From the NCBI RefSeq assembly GCF_006345805.1, contig NC_043019.1:1612001-1676000 (forward strand): DNA of 64,000 nucleotides, in the 5' to 3' direction. Position 1 is the stretch's first letter, and the number at the start of each line of letters is the position of its first letter. Made by a program: the position numbers and the translations under genes. Below, one piece after another: positions 1-10,399 of this stretch. The notes beneath the pieces were generated by a model. That model worked only from the letters and a program-made list of their open reading frames with translations. It did no database searches and had not been told where the DNA came from. The DNA is from Octopus sinensis. Its lineage: Eukaryota.

Positions 1-72
1 TTTTCACTCAAACACACACAATGCCCGGTCTAGGAATCGAAACCGCGAGTCCGCTGCCCTAAACACTGGGCT
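1..72 (-). mobile_element. SINE family A, 5' (tRNA-like head) fragment running off the window edge, small internal deletion
   Basis: Reverse complement matches the head of full copies at 8901 and 30873 (cccagtg.ttagggcagcggactcgcggtttcgattcc); deletion lies between two ccgcga repeats. Confidence 0.8.
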
Positions 73-832
73 TTGCACCTACACACACACACACACACAT
101 ACATATACGCATATATATATACTTATGTATGCAGTTGTTTATATATGTATATGTATATATATATGTGTGTATGCATATGTATATGTATGTTTATTTATGT
201 TTTTAATATGTATGTGTATGTGTCTTTGCGTATATATGTAGGTCTGTATGTTGATAGGTAGGTACACATGTGTGTACACATGTTTGTGTGTATACACATT
301 TTTTCTCTCTTATTCTTTTAATCCTTTACTTGTTTCAGTCATTTGGCTGCAGGCATGTATGCTTACAGTCCTATGTATATACACAGAGGATTCGTGCGCC
401 AGCAGCGTGGAAATATTTGTTTATTTCACTAATTTTTAATGCATTTATCAATAGAATATTTCTGGTTTCTGGACAAAACTTCATGATTCTGTTTTGTTTA
501 TTTCACCATAACTACGTTGAAGTATTACAACCTCCAGTGGTTGATAGACGAAAATGTCAGCTTCATACGGAAGACGATTTCATTTCCAATATCCTCGTAC
601 AAAGATATATGGCTTTGTGTCAGAAACCGTTATTCTCTTTTAGCATTTTAATCTTAAGTAATCACACTAACAGCATGAGTGAGGTCGTGACTACTGCTAC
701 CAATCATGATAACTTAGCATATTTTCTCGAAATATTAAAGTCCAGCCGTCTAGTGGTTTTGTTCCTGGTTAGCTAGAGATAGCAGCTAAATATCAAGAAT
801 ATAAATATTCTTTTACGCAATTCTTTCATATT

Positions 833-965
833 TGTTCCAGTCACCTGACTGCGGTCATGCTGTGGCCAGTAGTTGAAAGGCTTTTTGGTTGAATAAATCA
901 ACCCTGCCCCGACTTATTGTTTTGGCGACTAGTAGTTATTCTATTGGAAACCTTTGTAGAACCAC
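833..965 (-). mobile_element. SINE family C, degenerate 3' fragment
   Basis: ttgttccagtcacctgactgcggtcatgctg...gacttatt resembles the family C tail (cttgtttcagtcatttgactgcggccatgctgg) seen at 47061 and 62248. Confidence 0.55.
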
Positions 966-1587
966 CACCGATGGCGATGCAGTTTACTCCTAGGAGAGTT
1001 CTATTCTGGTTGGTCTGTATAACAAAAGTTAATCGACCAATGATCTCATATCTTTGCAGGCGTATTGCACTCAATTCTACAATTATTTAGTGTTTCTTTA
1101 TTCTTTATTCAACAGAATGTTGCTTGAGTAATACTTGATTGTTATTTCTGGCAGCTCATATGCAAGCGCTCATATGCATGCACCAATTTTGGCTCTTGTC
1201 AGTAATTTTCTAGTTTCGAAATAACATAATCTTCTGGTGAACAACTCATTCAAGGAAATAATTTAGTGAAATTCCAATGAATGTTTTCTATGGAAATGTA
1301 TTTCCTTAGTAATGCATGGAGCAGAAAGGAATAAGGAATAATAAGTTTCTTTCAAAGCTTTTAGCAAATGGTAAATACACAGTATCCATGTAAAGCAAAG
1401 AGATGGTGCGGCATTTAAACTATGGATTTTTATTGAAATTGTCTCAACAAGGCAGTACGCAGTAGAACCAATATTTATATAGTGCTCTGGGTGTACACTT
1501 TCTTATAGCAGAAACAGTAATTGATTACGTGACCAACAAATTGATTAGTTTTCATTGCCATTCATTGATTAATGTTATACTCAGTAC

Positions 1588-1745
1588 TAAGGCTGCGAGG
1601 TAGCAGAATCGTTAGCACACAGCGCAAAAAGCTTGGAGGCATTCAGTCCATCGTTACGTTCTTCTTGGAATTCCGACTTTTCATCCTTTCGAGGTCGATA
1701 TCATAACTGCCAATTGAGTAGCGTGGTCGATGTGAACTTGAACTT
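1588..1745 (+). mobile_element. SINE family B, degenerate copy
   Basis: aaggctgcgaggtagcagaatcgttagcac...tttcatcctttcgaggtcgata aligns to family B copies at 6898 and 7591. Confidence 0.6.
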
Positions 1746-1857
1746 GCTGGCCTTGTGCCGGTATTTGAAACCTATAATACACTCTGTATGTGCCTAACGG
1801 TTTCCTATAAAGCATATGTATATTGAGCTCTGACAACAGTTTATTAGTATTGCTATG

Positions 1858-1875
1858 CCTATATACGTACATACA

Positions 1876-1909
<34 letters not shown>

Positions 1910-1914
1910 CATAT

Positions 1915-1986
<72 letters not shown>
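1858..1986. repeat. (TACA)n/(TA)n compound microsatellite flanking the hammerhead array
   Basis: Direct reading of sequence. Confidence 0.95.
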
Positions 1987-1991
<5 letters not shown>

Positions 1992-2103
1992 TTGGCGCGC
2001 TGTTAGTTGGGGCATTTGAATTATAACGTCGGATGTAATCAATTGAACCACACGCGTATTTATCGTTATGGTAAAATCTAGCGTGTGATTGAGGGATTTC
2101 ATC

Positions 2104-2199
2104 CAGATAGTTTTGGCTGACGAGCTACAAGTGGATTTTTTTGTAAGTAAAATTACATTTAATTCATTAATAGCGAAACAATTGTCCCAAAATAATCTG
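2104..2199 (+). ncRNA. Type I hammerhead ribozyme, array unit 1; predicted GUC cleavage after 2186
   Basis: Stem I cagat-ag-ttttgg (2104-2116) / ccaaaa-ta-atctg (2187-2199); CUGACGA 2117-2123; stem II gcta/tagc extended by gtggatt/aattcat and tgtaa/ttaca; GAAA 2175-2178; C-AAUU-G; UC. Confidence 0.88.
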
Positions 2200-2632
2200 T
2201 ATTTTTGTTATTTTTTATTTGCCCTGTCCGTGTGAGCTAACAATTGTACTGACTTTCATGGGAACATGTATTTTTGTGGTTGAAACCTTTTGGATTACTG
2301 GTGCTAGAGTGAGCCATATAGTGACCACTCTCTTATATTTATTTTGTAAAAATATTATAATATATTATAAAATATTATAATAATCCAGGTTTCTCGGAGC
2401 ACTAGGCCACTTGGTGTTGAATAGATATACTATTAAATTAGTATCTAATTCTCTCACCCTTATTAATTAATTATAATTATGCTGCATTTATTTCTAAATG
2501 CTGTTTGTTTTCCGTGAAAGTTTGGCGCGCTGTTAGTTGGGGCATTTGAATTATAACGTCGGATGTAATCATTGAACCACACGCGTATTTATCGTTATGG
2601 TAAAATCTAGCGTGTGATTGAGGGATTTCATC

Positions 2633-2727
2633 CAGATAGTTTTGGCTGACGAGCTACAAGTGATTTTTTTGTAAGTAAAATTACATTTAATTCATTAATA
2701 GCGAAACAATTGTCCCAAAATAATCTG
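2633..2727 (+). ncRNA. Type I hammerhead ribozyme, array unit 2; predicted cleavage after 2714
   Basis: Same fold: CUGACGA 2646-2652, GAAAC-AAUU-GUC 2703-2714. Confidence 0.88.
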
Positions 2728-3162
2728 TATTTTTGTTATTTTTTATTTGCCCTGTCCGTGTGAGCTAACAATTGTACTGACTTTCATGGGAACATGTATT
2801 TTTGTGGTTGAAACCTTTTGGATTAACTGGTGCTAGAGTGAGCCATATAGTGACCACTCTCTTATATTTATTTTGTAAAAATATTATAATATATTATAAA
2901 ATATTATAATAATCCAGGTTTCTCGGAGCACTAGGCCACTGGTGTTGAATAGATATACTATTAAATTAGTATCTAATTCTCTCACCCTTATTAATTAATT
3001 ATAATTATGCTGCATTTATTTCTAAATGCTGTTTGTTTTCCGTGAAAGTTTGGCGCGCTGTTAGTTGGGGCATTTGAATTATAACGTCGGATGTAATCAA
3101 TTGAACCACACGCGTATTTATCGTTATGGTAAAATCTAGCGTGTGATTGAGTGGATTTCATC

Positions 3163-3258
3163 CAGATAGTTTTGGCTGACGAGCTACAAGTGGATTTTTT
3201 TGTAAGTAAAATTACATTTAATTCATTAATAGCGAAACAATTGTCCCAAAATAATCTG
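3163..3258 (+). ncRNA. Type I hammerhead ribozyme, array unit 3; predicted cleavage after 3245
   Basis: CUGACGA 3176-3182, GAAAC-AAUU-GUC 3234-3245, stem I intact. Confidence 0.88.
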
Positions 3259-3693
3259 TATTTTTGTTATTTTTTATTTGCCCTGTCCGTGTGAGCTAAC
3301 AATTGTACTGACTTTCATGGGAAACATGTATTTTTGTGGTTGAAACCTTTTGGATTAACTGGTGCTAGAGTGAGCCATATAGTGACCACTCTCTTATATT
3401 TATTTTGTAAAAATATATAATATATTATAAAATATTATAATAATCAGGTTTCTCGGAGCACTAGGCCACTTGGTGTGAATAGATATACTATTAATTAGTA
3501 TCTAATTCTCTCCACCCTTATTAATTAATTATATTATGCTGCATTTATTTCTAAATGCTGTATTTGTTTTCCGTGAAAGTTTGGCGCGCTGTTAGTTGGG
3601 GCATTTGAATTATAACGTCGGATGTAATCAATTGAACCACACGCGTATTTATCGTTATGGTAAAATCTAGCGTGTGATTGAGTGGATTTCATC

Positions 3694-3789
3694 CAGATAG
3701 TTTTGGCTGACGAGCTACAAGTGGATTTTTTTGTAAGTAAAATTACATTTAATTCATTAATAGCGAAACAATTGTCCCAAAATAATCTG
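3694..3789 (+). ncRNA. Type I hammerhead ribozyme, array unit 4; predicted cleavage after 3776
   Basis: CUGACGA 3707-3713, GAAAC-AAUU-GUC 3765-3776, stem I intact. Confidence 0.88.
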
Positions 3790-4214
3790 TATTTTTGTTA
3801 TTTTTTATTTGCCTGTCCGTGTGAGCTAACAATTGTACTGACTTTCATGGGAACATGTATTTTTGTGGTTGAAACCTTTTGGATTAACTGGTGCTAGAGT
3901 GAGCCATATAGTGACCACTCTCTTTATTATTTTGTAAAAATATTATAATATATTATAAAATATTATAATAATCCAGGTTTCTCGGAGCACTAGGCCACTG
4001 GTGTTGAATATATACTATTAAATTAGTATCTAATTCTCTCACCCTTATTATTAATTATAATTATGCTGCATTTTTTCTAATGCTGTTTGTTTTCCGTGAA
4101 AGTTTGGCGCGCTGTTAGTTGGGGCATTTGAATTATAACGTCGGATGTAATCATTGAACCACACGCGTATTTATCGTTATGGTAAAATCTAGCGTGTGAT
4201 TGAGTGATTTCATC

Positions 4215-4309
4215 CAGATAGTTTTGGCTGACGAGCTACAAGTGGATTTTTTTGTAAGTAAAATTACATTTAATTCATTAATAGCGAACAATTGTCCCAA
4301 AATAATCTG
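4215..4309 (+). ncRNA. Hammerhead of array unit 5 with GAAA reduced to GAA (inactive copy or consensus error)
   Basis: CUGACGA 4228-4234; tagcgaacaattgtc lacks one A relative to the other four units. Confidence 0.7.
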
Positions 4310-4603
4310 TATTTTTGTTATTTTTTATTGCCCTGTCCGTGTGAGCTAACATTGTACTGACTTTCATGGGAAACATGTATTTTTGTGGTTGAAACCTTTT
4401 GGATTAACTGGTGCTAGAGTGAGCCATATAGTGACCACTCTTATTTTATTTTGTAAAATATTATAATATATTATAAAATATTATAATAATCCAGGTTTCT
4501 CGGAGCACTAGGCCACTTGGTGTTGAATAGATATACACTATTAAATTAGTATCTAATTCTCTCACCCTTATTAATTAATTATATATATATATATATATAT
4601 ATA

Positions 4604-4793
4604 GGGAGAATTCACGAAAAAAATAAAAGACTAAGACAGGTGGCGTAGAAAACAAACAGATGTATTAGGTATAACGGTCGGGAATTGAAAAGGTCTACGT
4701 TTCGAGCCTACGCTCTTCCACAGAAAGGGACACAGAAGGAAACAAGGAGAGAAAAATATGTGTGCAGTGGCTAACGATCTATCATGGCGATTC

Positions 4794-4794
<1 letters not shown>
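4604..4794 (-). mobile_element. TA-flanked Penelope-pLTR-like element (family P1) with a variant hammerhead-like motif
   Basis: Shares acgtttcgagcctacgctc with 23830-24000 and (reverse complement) 60786-60905; minus strand reads CUGUGGA-A-GAGC-GUAG-GCUC-GAAACGUA. Confidence 0.6.
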
Positions 4795-4830
<36 letters not shown>

Positions 4831-5523
4831 TATCATATGAGAAAGAAAGAAAGAGAGAGAGAGAGAGAGTAAAGTGTACATAAAATATGTATTATAAAGC
4901 TCGATGATAGCCGTTAAAACACATTTGGAACAGGATTATCCAAACGGAACACGATTAGAATGTATTGTTTGGTTAGCTGATCTGATTGCAAACAATGCAG
5001 ATCCGAGTGCAATAATAGCATCTCGCACTGCAGCGTTTTATATTCCATATTTTTTCAGATTTCTATGATTTACGTTTCTAAAGAAATTTCTAAAATCAAT
5101 TTTCTTTGTTTCTATATTTTCTCCGCTTAAATCTAACCATAAATAATATATTCTTGTTTAGTTTTGCGATTGAAAATTTCCTATGTTCAAAACTTATATT
5201 TTAGAAGCATTTTAGGAAGAATGTAAAATGAGAAAATTGTTTCGCAGTTTGCATAATTCTAAACAGAAAATAGATGTTTGCGGAAAGTGAAAATGATGAA
5301 GGCGGTACAATTGCAGGGGATAATCAGGAGAATTTTATAACAGAGTCAGAATAAGCATCTCTTTAAGTGAAACAAATTGTTGAAACGAAAACGTTGGGTG
5401 CTTATTAGAGAAATCCGTCCAGAATAAATTATACTCTGCATAGTAATGTAAAAAGATATGTTGGTATGTTTTCTGAATTAAGCACATTATATGTAGATTA
5501 AATAGCTAAAATTAATTTTTGGA

Positions 5524-5956
5524 TCTTTTCGGTTTGAACGGTAGGTTTTTTTCTAGCGGTGTCATATGAAATTGTCACCCATAATTATTACCCTAGTATC
5601 GATCTATTGCATTTCAATCTTTTTTAGGATTAGGGTTAGGGTTAGGGTTAGGGTTAGGGTTAGGGGTTGGGGGAAGGGTATCTTTTTTCTTCACAAATGT
5701 AAATAAATCCAATCTGTTTCTTAAACGAGGGACATATTCATACTGCACAGAATGTTTTTTTACCTCAATAGACGTCAGTGATTGGTTGAAATTCCATAAA
5801 TTGAAGAAAAAACAACAAATATCTTACAAACTATAGAATTTTCTCAATAAAGCCAAGAGAAAAAGATGTTTTATAAACACATTCTACCAGTATACGAAGT
5901 TTAAAATTTTTTAGTTATCTAGAAATTGTTAAAAACTGCCGTTCAAGCAGAAAATA
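5524..5956. mobile_element. Non-autonomous DNA transposon (MITE-like) with imperfect TIRs and internal telomeric repeats
   Basis: Left tcttttcggtttgaacggtaggttttt vs right aaaaactgccgttcaagcagaaaata. Confidence 0.7.
5630..5665 (+). repeat. Interstitial telomeric repeat (TTAGGG)6
   Basis: Six perfect TTAGGG units preceded by TTAGGA. Confidence 0.95.
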
Positions 5957-5984
5957 ACATAATTTTTTTTATTATGGCGGAGTT

Positions 5985-6425
5985 CCCACCAGGGCCGCAA
6001 CAACAAAATCCACCCGCCACACTTCTCGATCCAGCATTACTGCCTCGCGGTCCTGGATACATTCCAGACCGGTGTCTGCAATCAATTTCTCGATGTGTGA
6101 CGACATTTTCCTTTTCTTACATCAAAGATGAAGTGAGTTCCACAAGACTAATTTGGATGATTCCAGCTCAGAGTGGCGCAGGCATTGACCAGATAGTCGT
6201 AGGCGTGGTTGCCTGATTTTCTCGCTATCTTTCGGCAGGTCTCCATATAGGCATTCGTTTGTCATGTGTTGCTGCCATTTCACATTTAGGGCCATTCGTA
6301 GCATCGTTGTGTAGCATCTATTTAGCCTTTTGACAATTTCTTTGTCAGTGTCCATGCTTCACTGCCATAATTCTACAGTTGCAATAAACAGCTTGAATTT
6401 GATTTTTCTGGGCAATAAAGAGTTC
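5985..6425 (-). pseudogene. RTE-clade LINE ORF2 C-terminal relic (post-RT region), frameshifted
   Basis: Translates LPRKIKFKLFIATVE..YGSEAWTLTK / KRLNRCYTTMLRMALNVKWQQHMTNECLYGDLP..RLRLSGQCLRH..SKLVLW / DTGL..MLDREVWR, motifs I recognise from RTE ORF2 C-termini. Confidence 0.85.
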
Positions 6426-6897
6426 CAGGTCAAGTTTAAAGAAACATAAGGATATTACAAAAGACTCATTACTTGAGCTATTGTAGCTCTTCACCGGGGT
6501 TCAAGGATGCTAGCAACGTTTACTTCTATCATTACCGAAAATACCAAATACCAAAATCCCGTTTTCATGAAGCCGTACGAAACAGAATCACACGAACCTT
6601 GATCGATTGATTAATCTTTTAAGGGTCACTTTGGTTGACCAAGTTCCTCAATATGCAGTGTTGCGCTTCCTACACAGCCGAACCCTCTTCCTTTGATCCA
6701 GACACTATGAAATCCTGCTTTTCTGCCCCGATACAAACGAAATTCGTTTTCTCTTCGAAATTATAGTAGCATCAAGAAATTCGATCATTGTGTACATACA
6801 CATACACACACGTACTCATACACACAAACACACACACAGACACATATATATACATATATATACATATATAAACACACACACAGACACATATATATAC

Positions 6898-7130
6898 AAG
6901 GCGGCGAGCTGGCAGAAACGTTAGCGCGCAGGGCGAAATGCTTAGCGGTATTTCGTCTGTCGTTACGTTCTGAGTTCAAATTCCGCCGAGGTTGACTTTG
7001 TCTTTCATCCTTTCGGGGTCGATAAATAAAGTACCAGTTTCGCACTGTGGTCGATGTAATCGACTTAATCCCTTTGTCTGTCCTTGTTTGTCCCCTCTAT
7101 GTTTAGCCCCTTGTGGGTAATAAAGAAATA
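6898..7130 (+). mobile_element. SINE family B, monomer
   Basis: Head ggcggcgagctggcagaaacgttagc, B-box-like gagttcaaattcc, central gccgaggt.gactttg.ctttcatcctttcggggtcgata, end aaagaaata. Confidence 0.9.
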
Positions 7131-7590
7131 TATATATATATATATTGTGTGTGGGTAGAAATATAGACAATACACCTCAATATTTATTATTGTTTCTAAA
7201 CATGCTTCTTTCAGCTGTCTAATATTCAGAGCTGTTATTTATTAATAATATATTCGCTTTCCAAGTGTGACTTCCAATTCTCCGTTATCTCATTTTACAA
7301 CATCACTTGCATCCGTCTCTCGTTCTCTGTGGCTCGGAGTCACTCTCCTCACTTTCTCTTTCTCCCTTTTCCTTTCTCTCTCTTTTCTCTCACTCCTCTC
7401 TCTCCGTCTTTCTCTCAAACAGTTTTCTGACACATTTTCTCTGTTTTGTAAGTAACGTTTCGTCTGTTAACGGACACTTCGCTCTGATTACTAATTGCCT
7501 CCCGATATATTTCAAAGAGAACCCAGAATGTTACGTACGGACATGAAGTAACATAGTCATTGTATAAGAAATAAACATTGAATAATATAT

Positions 7591-8008
7591 AAGGCGGGGT
7601 GAGCTGGCAGAATCGTTAGCACGCCGGGCGAAATGCTTAGCGGTATTTCGTCTGCCGTTACGTTCTGAGTTCAAATTCGACCGAGGTCATCTTTGTCTTT
7701 CATCCTTTCGGGGTCAATAAATTAAGTACCAGTTACGCACTGGGGTCGATGTAATCGACATAATCCGCTTGTCTGTCCTTGTTTGTCATCTCTGTGTTTA
7801 GACCCTTGTGTGTAGTAAAGAAATAGGTATTTCGTCTGCCGTTACGTTCTGAGTTCAAATTCCGCCGAGGTCGACTTTGCCTTTCATCCTTTCGGGGTCG
7901 ATAAATTAAGTACCAGTTACGCACTGGGGTCGATGTAATCGACTTAATCCGCTTGTCTGTCCTTGTTTGATCTCTCTGTGTTTAGCCCCTTGTGGTAGTA
8001 AAGAAATA
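7591..8008 (+). mobile_element. SINE family B, head plus two tandem ~180-bp units
   Basis: Second unit restarts at ggtatttcgtctg (7826) immediately after aaagaaata. Confidence 0.9.
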
Positions 8009-8103
8009 CGCATAATAAATAAACAAATTAAATAAGTACGTAAATAAATGCATAAATAAATATATGCGTCTGTGTGCCGTTTCCGTCTGTGTAAAAACAA
8101 ATG

Positions 8104-8490
8104 GGAGTGGCTGTGTGGTAAGTAGCTTCCTTAACCAACCACATGGTTCCGGGTTTACCTTGGCCAAGTGTTTTCTACTATAGCCTTGGGCCGAGCAAAG
8201 CATTGTTAGTGGATTTGGTAGACGGAAACTGAACGAAGCCCGTCGTATATATGTATATATGTATAAATATGTGTGTATGTGTGTGGTTGTGTGTGTGTGT
8301 GTGTATATGTGTGTGTGTTTGTTTGTGTTTGATGATGTGTTTACGTTCCTGTAACCAAGCGGTTCGGGAAAAATAACCGATAGAATAAGTACTAGGCTTA
8401 CAATAAATAAGCCGTGGGGTCGATTTGCTCGACTAAAGACGGTGCTGCAGCATAGGCGCAGTCAAATGACTGAAACAAATAAAAGAATAA
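8104..8490 (+). mobile_element. SINE family C (tRNA head, ccttgg.caagt CORE-like motif, internal TA/TG microsatellite)
   Basis: ggagtggctgtgtggtaagtagc...gcagtcaaatgactgaaacaaataaaaga; matches copies at 28694, 47061, 49607, 62248. Confidence 0.88.
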
Positions 8491-8900
8491 ATGAATACAT
8501 ATATGTGTCTATATATTGATATGTTTACGCGCGCGCAGACATCCAATGCGTGTATATACATATACACATATACACATATAAGAATGTAGCACGTATGTGT
8601 ATTTCAGTGCGTGAGCGCGCGCAGGAGTGTGTGCATAATTTCGGCTAAAAGCGAAAGAATTGTTAGCACTGTATTAGAGTTTAGAAAAAAAAGCACTGCT
8701 TCAACTTCGAGATGTGTCAAAAATACTTTCGTCCACGACTGCACCTTTATTTCAAGTAAATATATCATTTGATTATTCTCTTAAACTGAAATTCTACATA
8801 TGTGTTTATTCAGTCTTTTTTAGGGATATATACACATTTACAAAAATGTAGCAATGATGGGCACCTCATGCAGTTGGTGTTCACCTTCATTCTATTGATG

Positions 8901-9282
8901 TGGAGGTGCAATGGCCCAGTGGTTAGGGCAGCGGACTCGCGGTCGTAGGATCGCGGTTTCGATTCCCAGATCGGGCGTTGTGAGTATTTATTGAGCGAAA
9001 ACACCTAAAGCTCCACGAGGCTCCGGCATGTATGGTGGTGATCCCTGCTGTACTCTTTCACCACAACTTTCTCTCACTCTTACTTCCTGTTTCTGTTGTA
9101 CCTGTATTTCAAAGGGCCGGCCTTGTCACTCTCTGTGTCACGCTGAATATCCCCGAGAACTGCGTTAAGGGTACACGTGTCTGTGGAGTGCTCAGCCATT
9201 TACACGTTAATTTCACGAGCAGGATGTTCAGTTGATCGGATCAACCGGAACCCTCGTCGTCGTAACTGACGGAGTGCTTCCA
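8901..9282 (+). mobile_element. SINE family A, full length
   Basis: A-box tggcccagtgg, B-box gtttcgattcc, tail gtcgtcgtaac.gacggagtgcttcca; near-identical to 30873 and 54590 copies. Confidence 0.92.
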
Positions 9283-9757
9283 AACATAACAAGGATGTTA
9301 ACGATCAAATGTTGCCTGTGCCCGAAGAATTTATAAATGTTGATTTATAAGAATTTATAAAGAGTTTATAAATGCCTTACACAAATCAAGCCCATTTTAT
9401 AATCATAGAATGAATTTCTTCCAACTGACGAACTACTCTCCATCATTGAATGCAAAAGGATTCGAAGGTATTACGTTAGTGCTTTCCTTTTCCTATAAAG
9501 ATGTCCAAAAAACAAAATATGGGTCTTTCATTCACAGGTATCTTATAGGCATGGCTTCTACTGAGTCCATCCACCAGGATCTCTATTATCATACTTGATA
9601 GGGCTGCTGGTGTAGTCCCCGTCAGCCCAAACATATGGCCACCAGGTGGAATCAAAAGTATTTTTTCCATATTTCAAACTTTAATTCATAGCTCAAACAA
9701 CTTACATATGAAAGCGTTTATTAATCAAAAAAATATATATGTATATATATATATATA

Positions 9758-9806
9758 GTAGTAGTGGTGGTGGTGGTAGTGGTGGTAGTGGTGGTGGTGG
9801 TAGTAA

Positions 9807-9843
<37 letters not shown>

Positions 9844-10040
9844 TGAAGCAGCAGTAATAGTAGTAGTTGGTGTAGTAATAGTAGTAGCTGGTGTTGTAGT
9901 AGTAGAAGTAGCTGGTGTAGTGGTAATAGTAGTAGCTGATATCGTTATAGTAGTAGTAGTAATAGTAGTAATAGTAGTAGTAGCAGCAGCAGCAGCACTA
10001 GTAGTAGTAGTAGTAGTAGTAGCAGCAGCAGCAGTTGGTG
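9758..10040. repeat. Compound trinucleotide microsatellite (GTA/GTG/GCA)n
   Basis: Direct reading; explains the poly-V and poly-L ORFs. Confidence 0.9.
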
Positions 10041-10399
10041 GTGAGGAAATAGATGAGTCTGAAGCAAACCAACAACGAAGCGTAAGATAAAGGGGTTGAG
10101 GATGTGGACGACGATGAAGGCGATGTGAATGACATATCGATGACTGTGATCATTAGAACGATTATGAAGAATTCGATGAATAGGTGTCCGATGGTTATCA
10201 ATGCGAGGAGAATAGGAACCGAGTTTTTCGATTATGGTAATGGCGATAATGTCATAATAAATGACGTACAAATTTTAGTATCTTCCATATTTATGCTTCT
10301 TATCGATATCGATTATGGTTTTCTTTTTAAATTTTCACAACCTGCTTTTTTATACTGATGTTACCCCTATTTGCTGCTTAATATTCTAAACACGGGATA

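Larger units (their letters stand above)
1987..4582 (+). repeat. Tandem array of ~530-bp units (4 full + ~0.9), each carrying a type I hammerhead ribozyme; retrozyme / Penelope pseudo-LTR-like
   Basis: Units start aaagtttggcgcgc at 1987, 2517, 3045, 3576, 4099; units differ almost only by 1-2 nt indels; (TA)n abuts both ends. Confidence 0.93.

Noticed and set aside
270-776. 168-aa ORF
   Set aside because: Starts in microsatellite and SINE sequence; the remainder has no recognisable family motif
2266-2282. Sm-site-like atttttgtgg in the 530-bp unit, suggesting an snRNA or SL-RNA gene array
   Set aside because: No recognisable snRNA or SL sequence; the motif is expected by chance in AT-rich DNA and the hammerhead explains the unit better
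1987-4582. CRISPR-like or rDNA/histone tandem array
   Set aside because: No unique spacers, no rRNA or histone similarity, eukaryotic context
5630-5665. True chromosome end
   Set aside because: Only six repeats, enclosed within a TIR element, with ordinary sequence on both sides
8901-8975. tRNA genes at SINE heads (also families B, C, D)
   Set aside because: A and B boxes are present but there is no complete cloverleaf, and each continues into a repeated SINE body; I did not assign OK/OR1/OR2 names because I cannot verify them
9764-10358. Poly-Val / poly-Leu ORFs that look like membrane or signal peptides
   Set aside because: Trinucleotide microsatellite and adjacent low-complexity sequence
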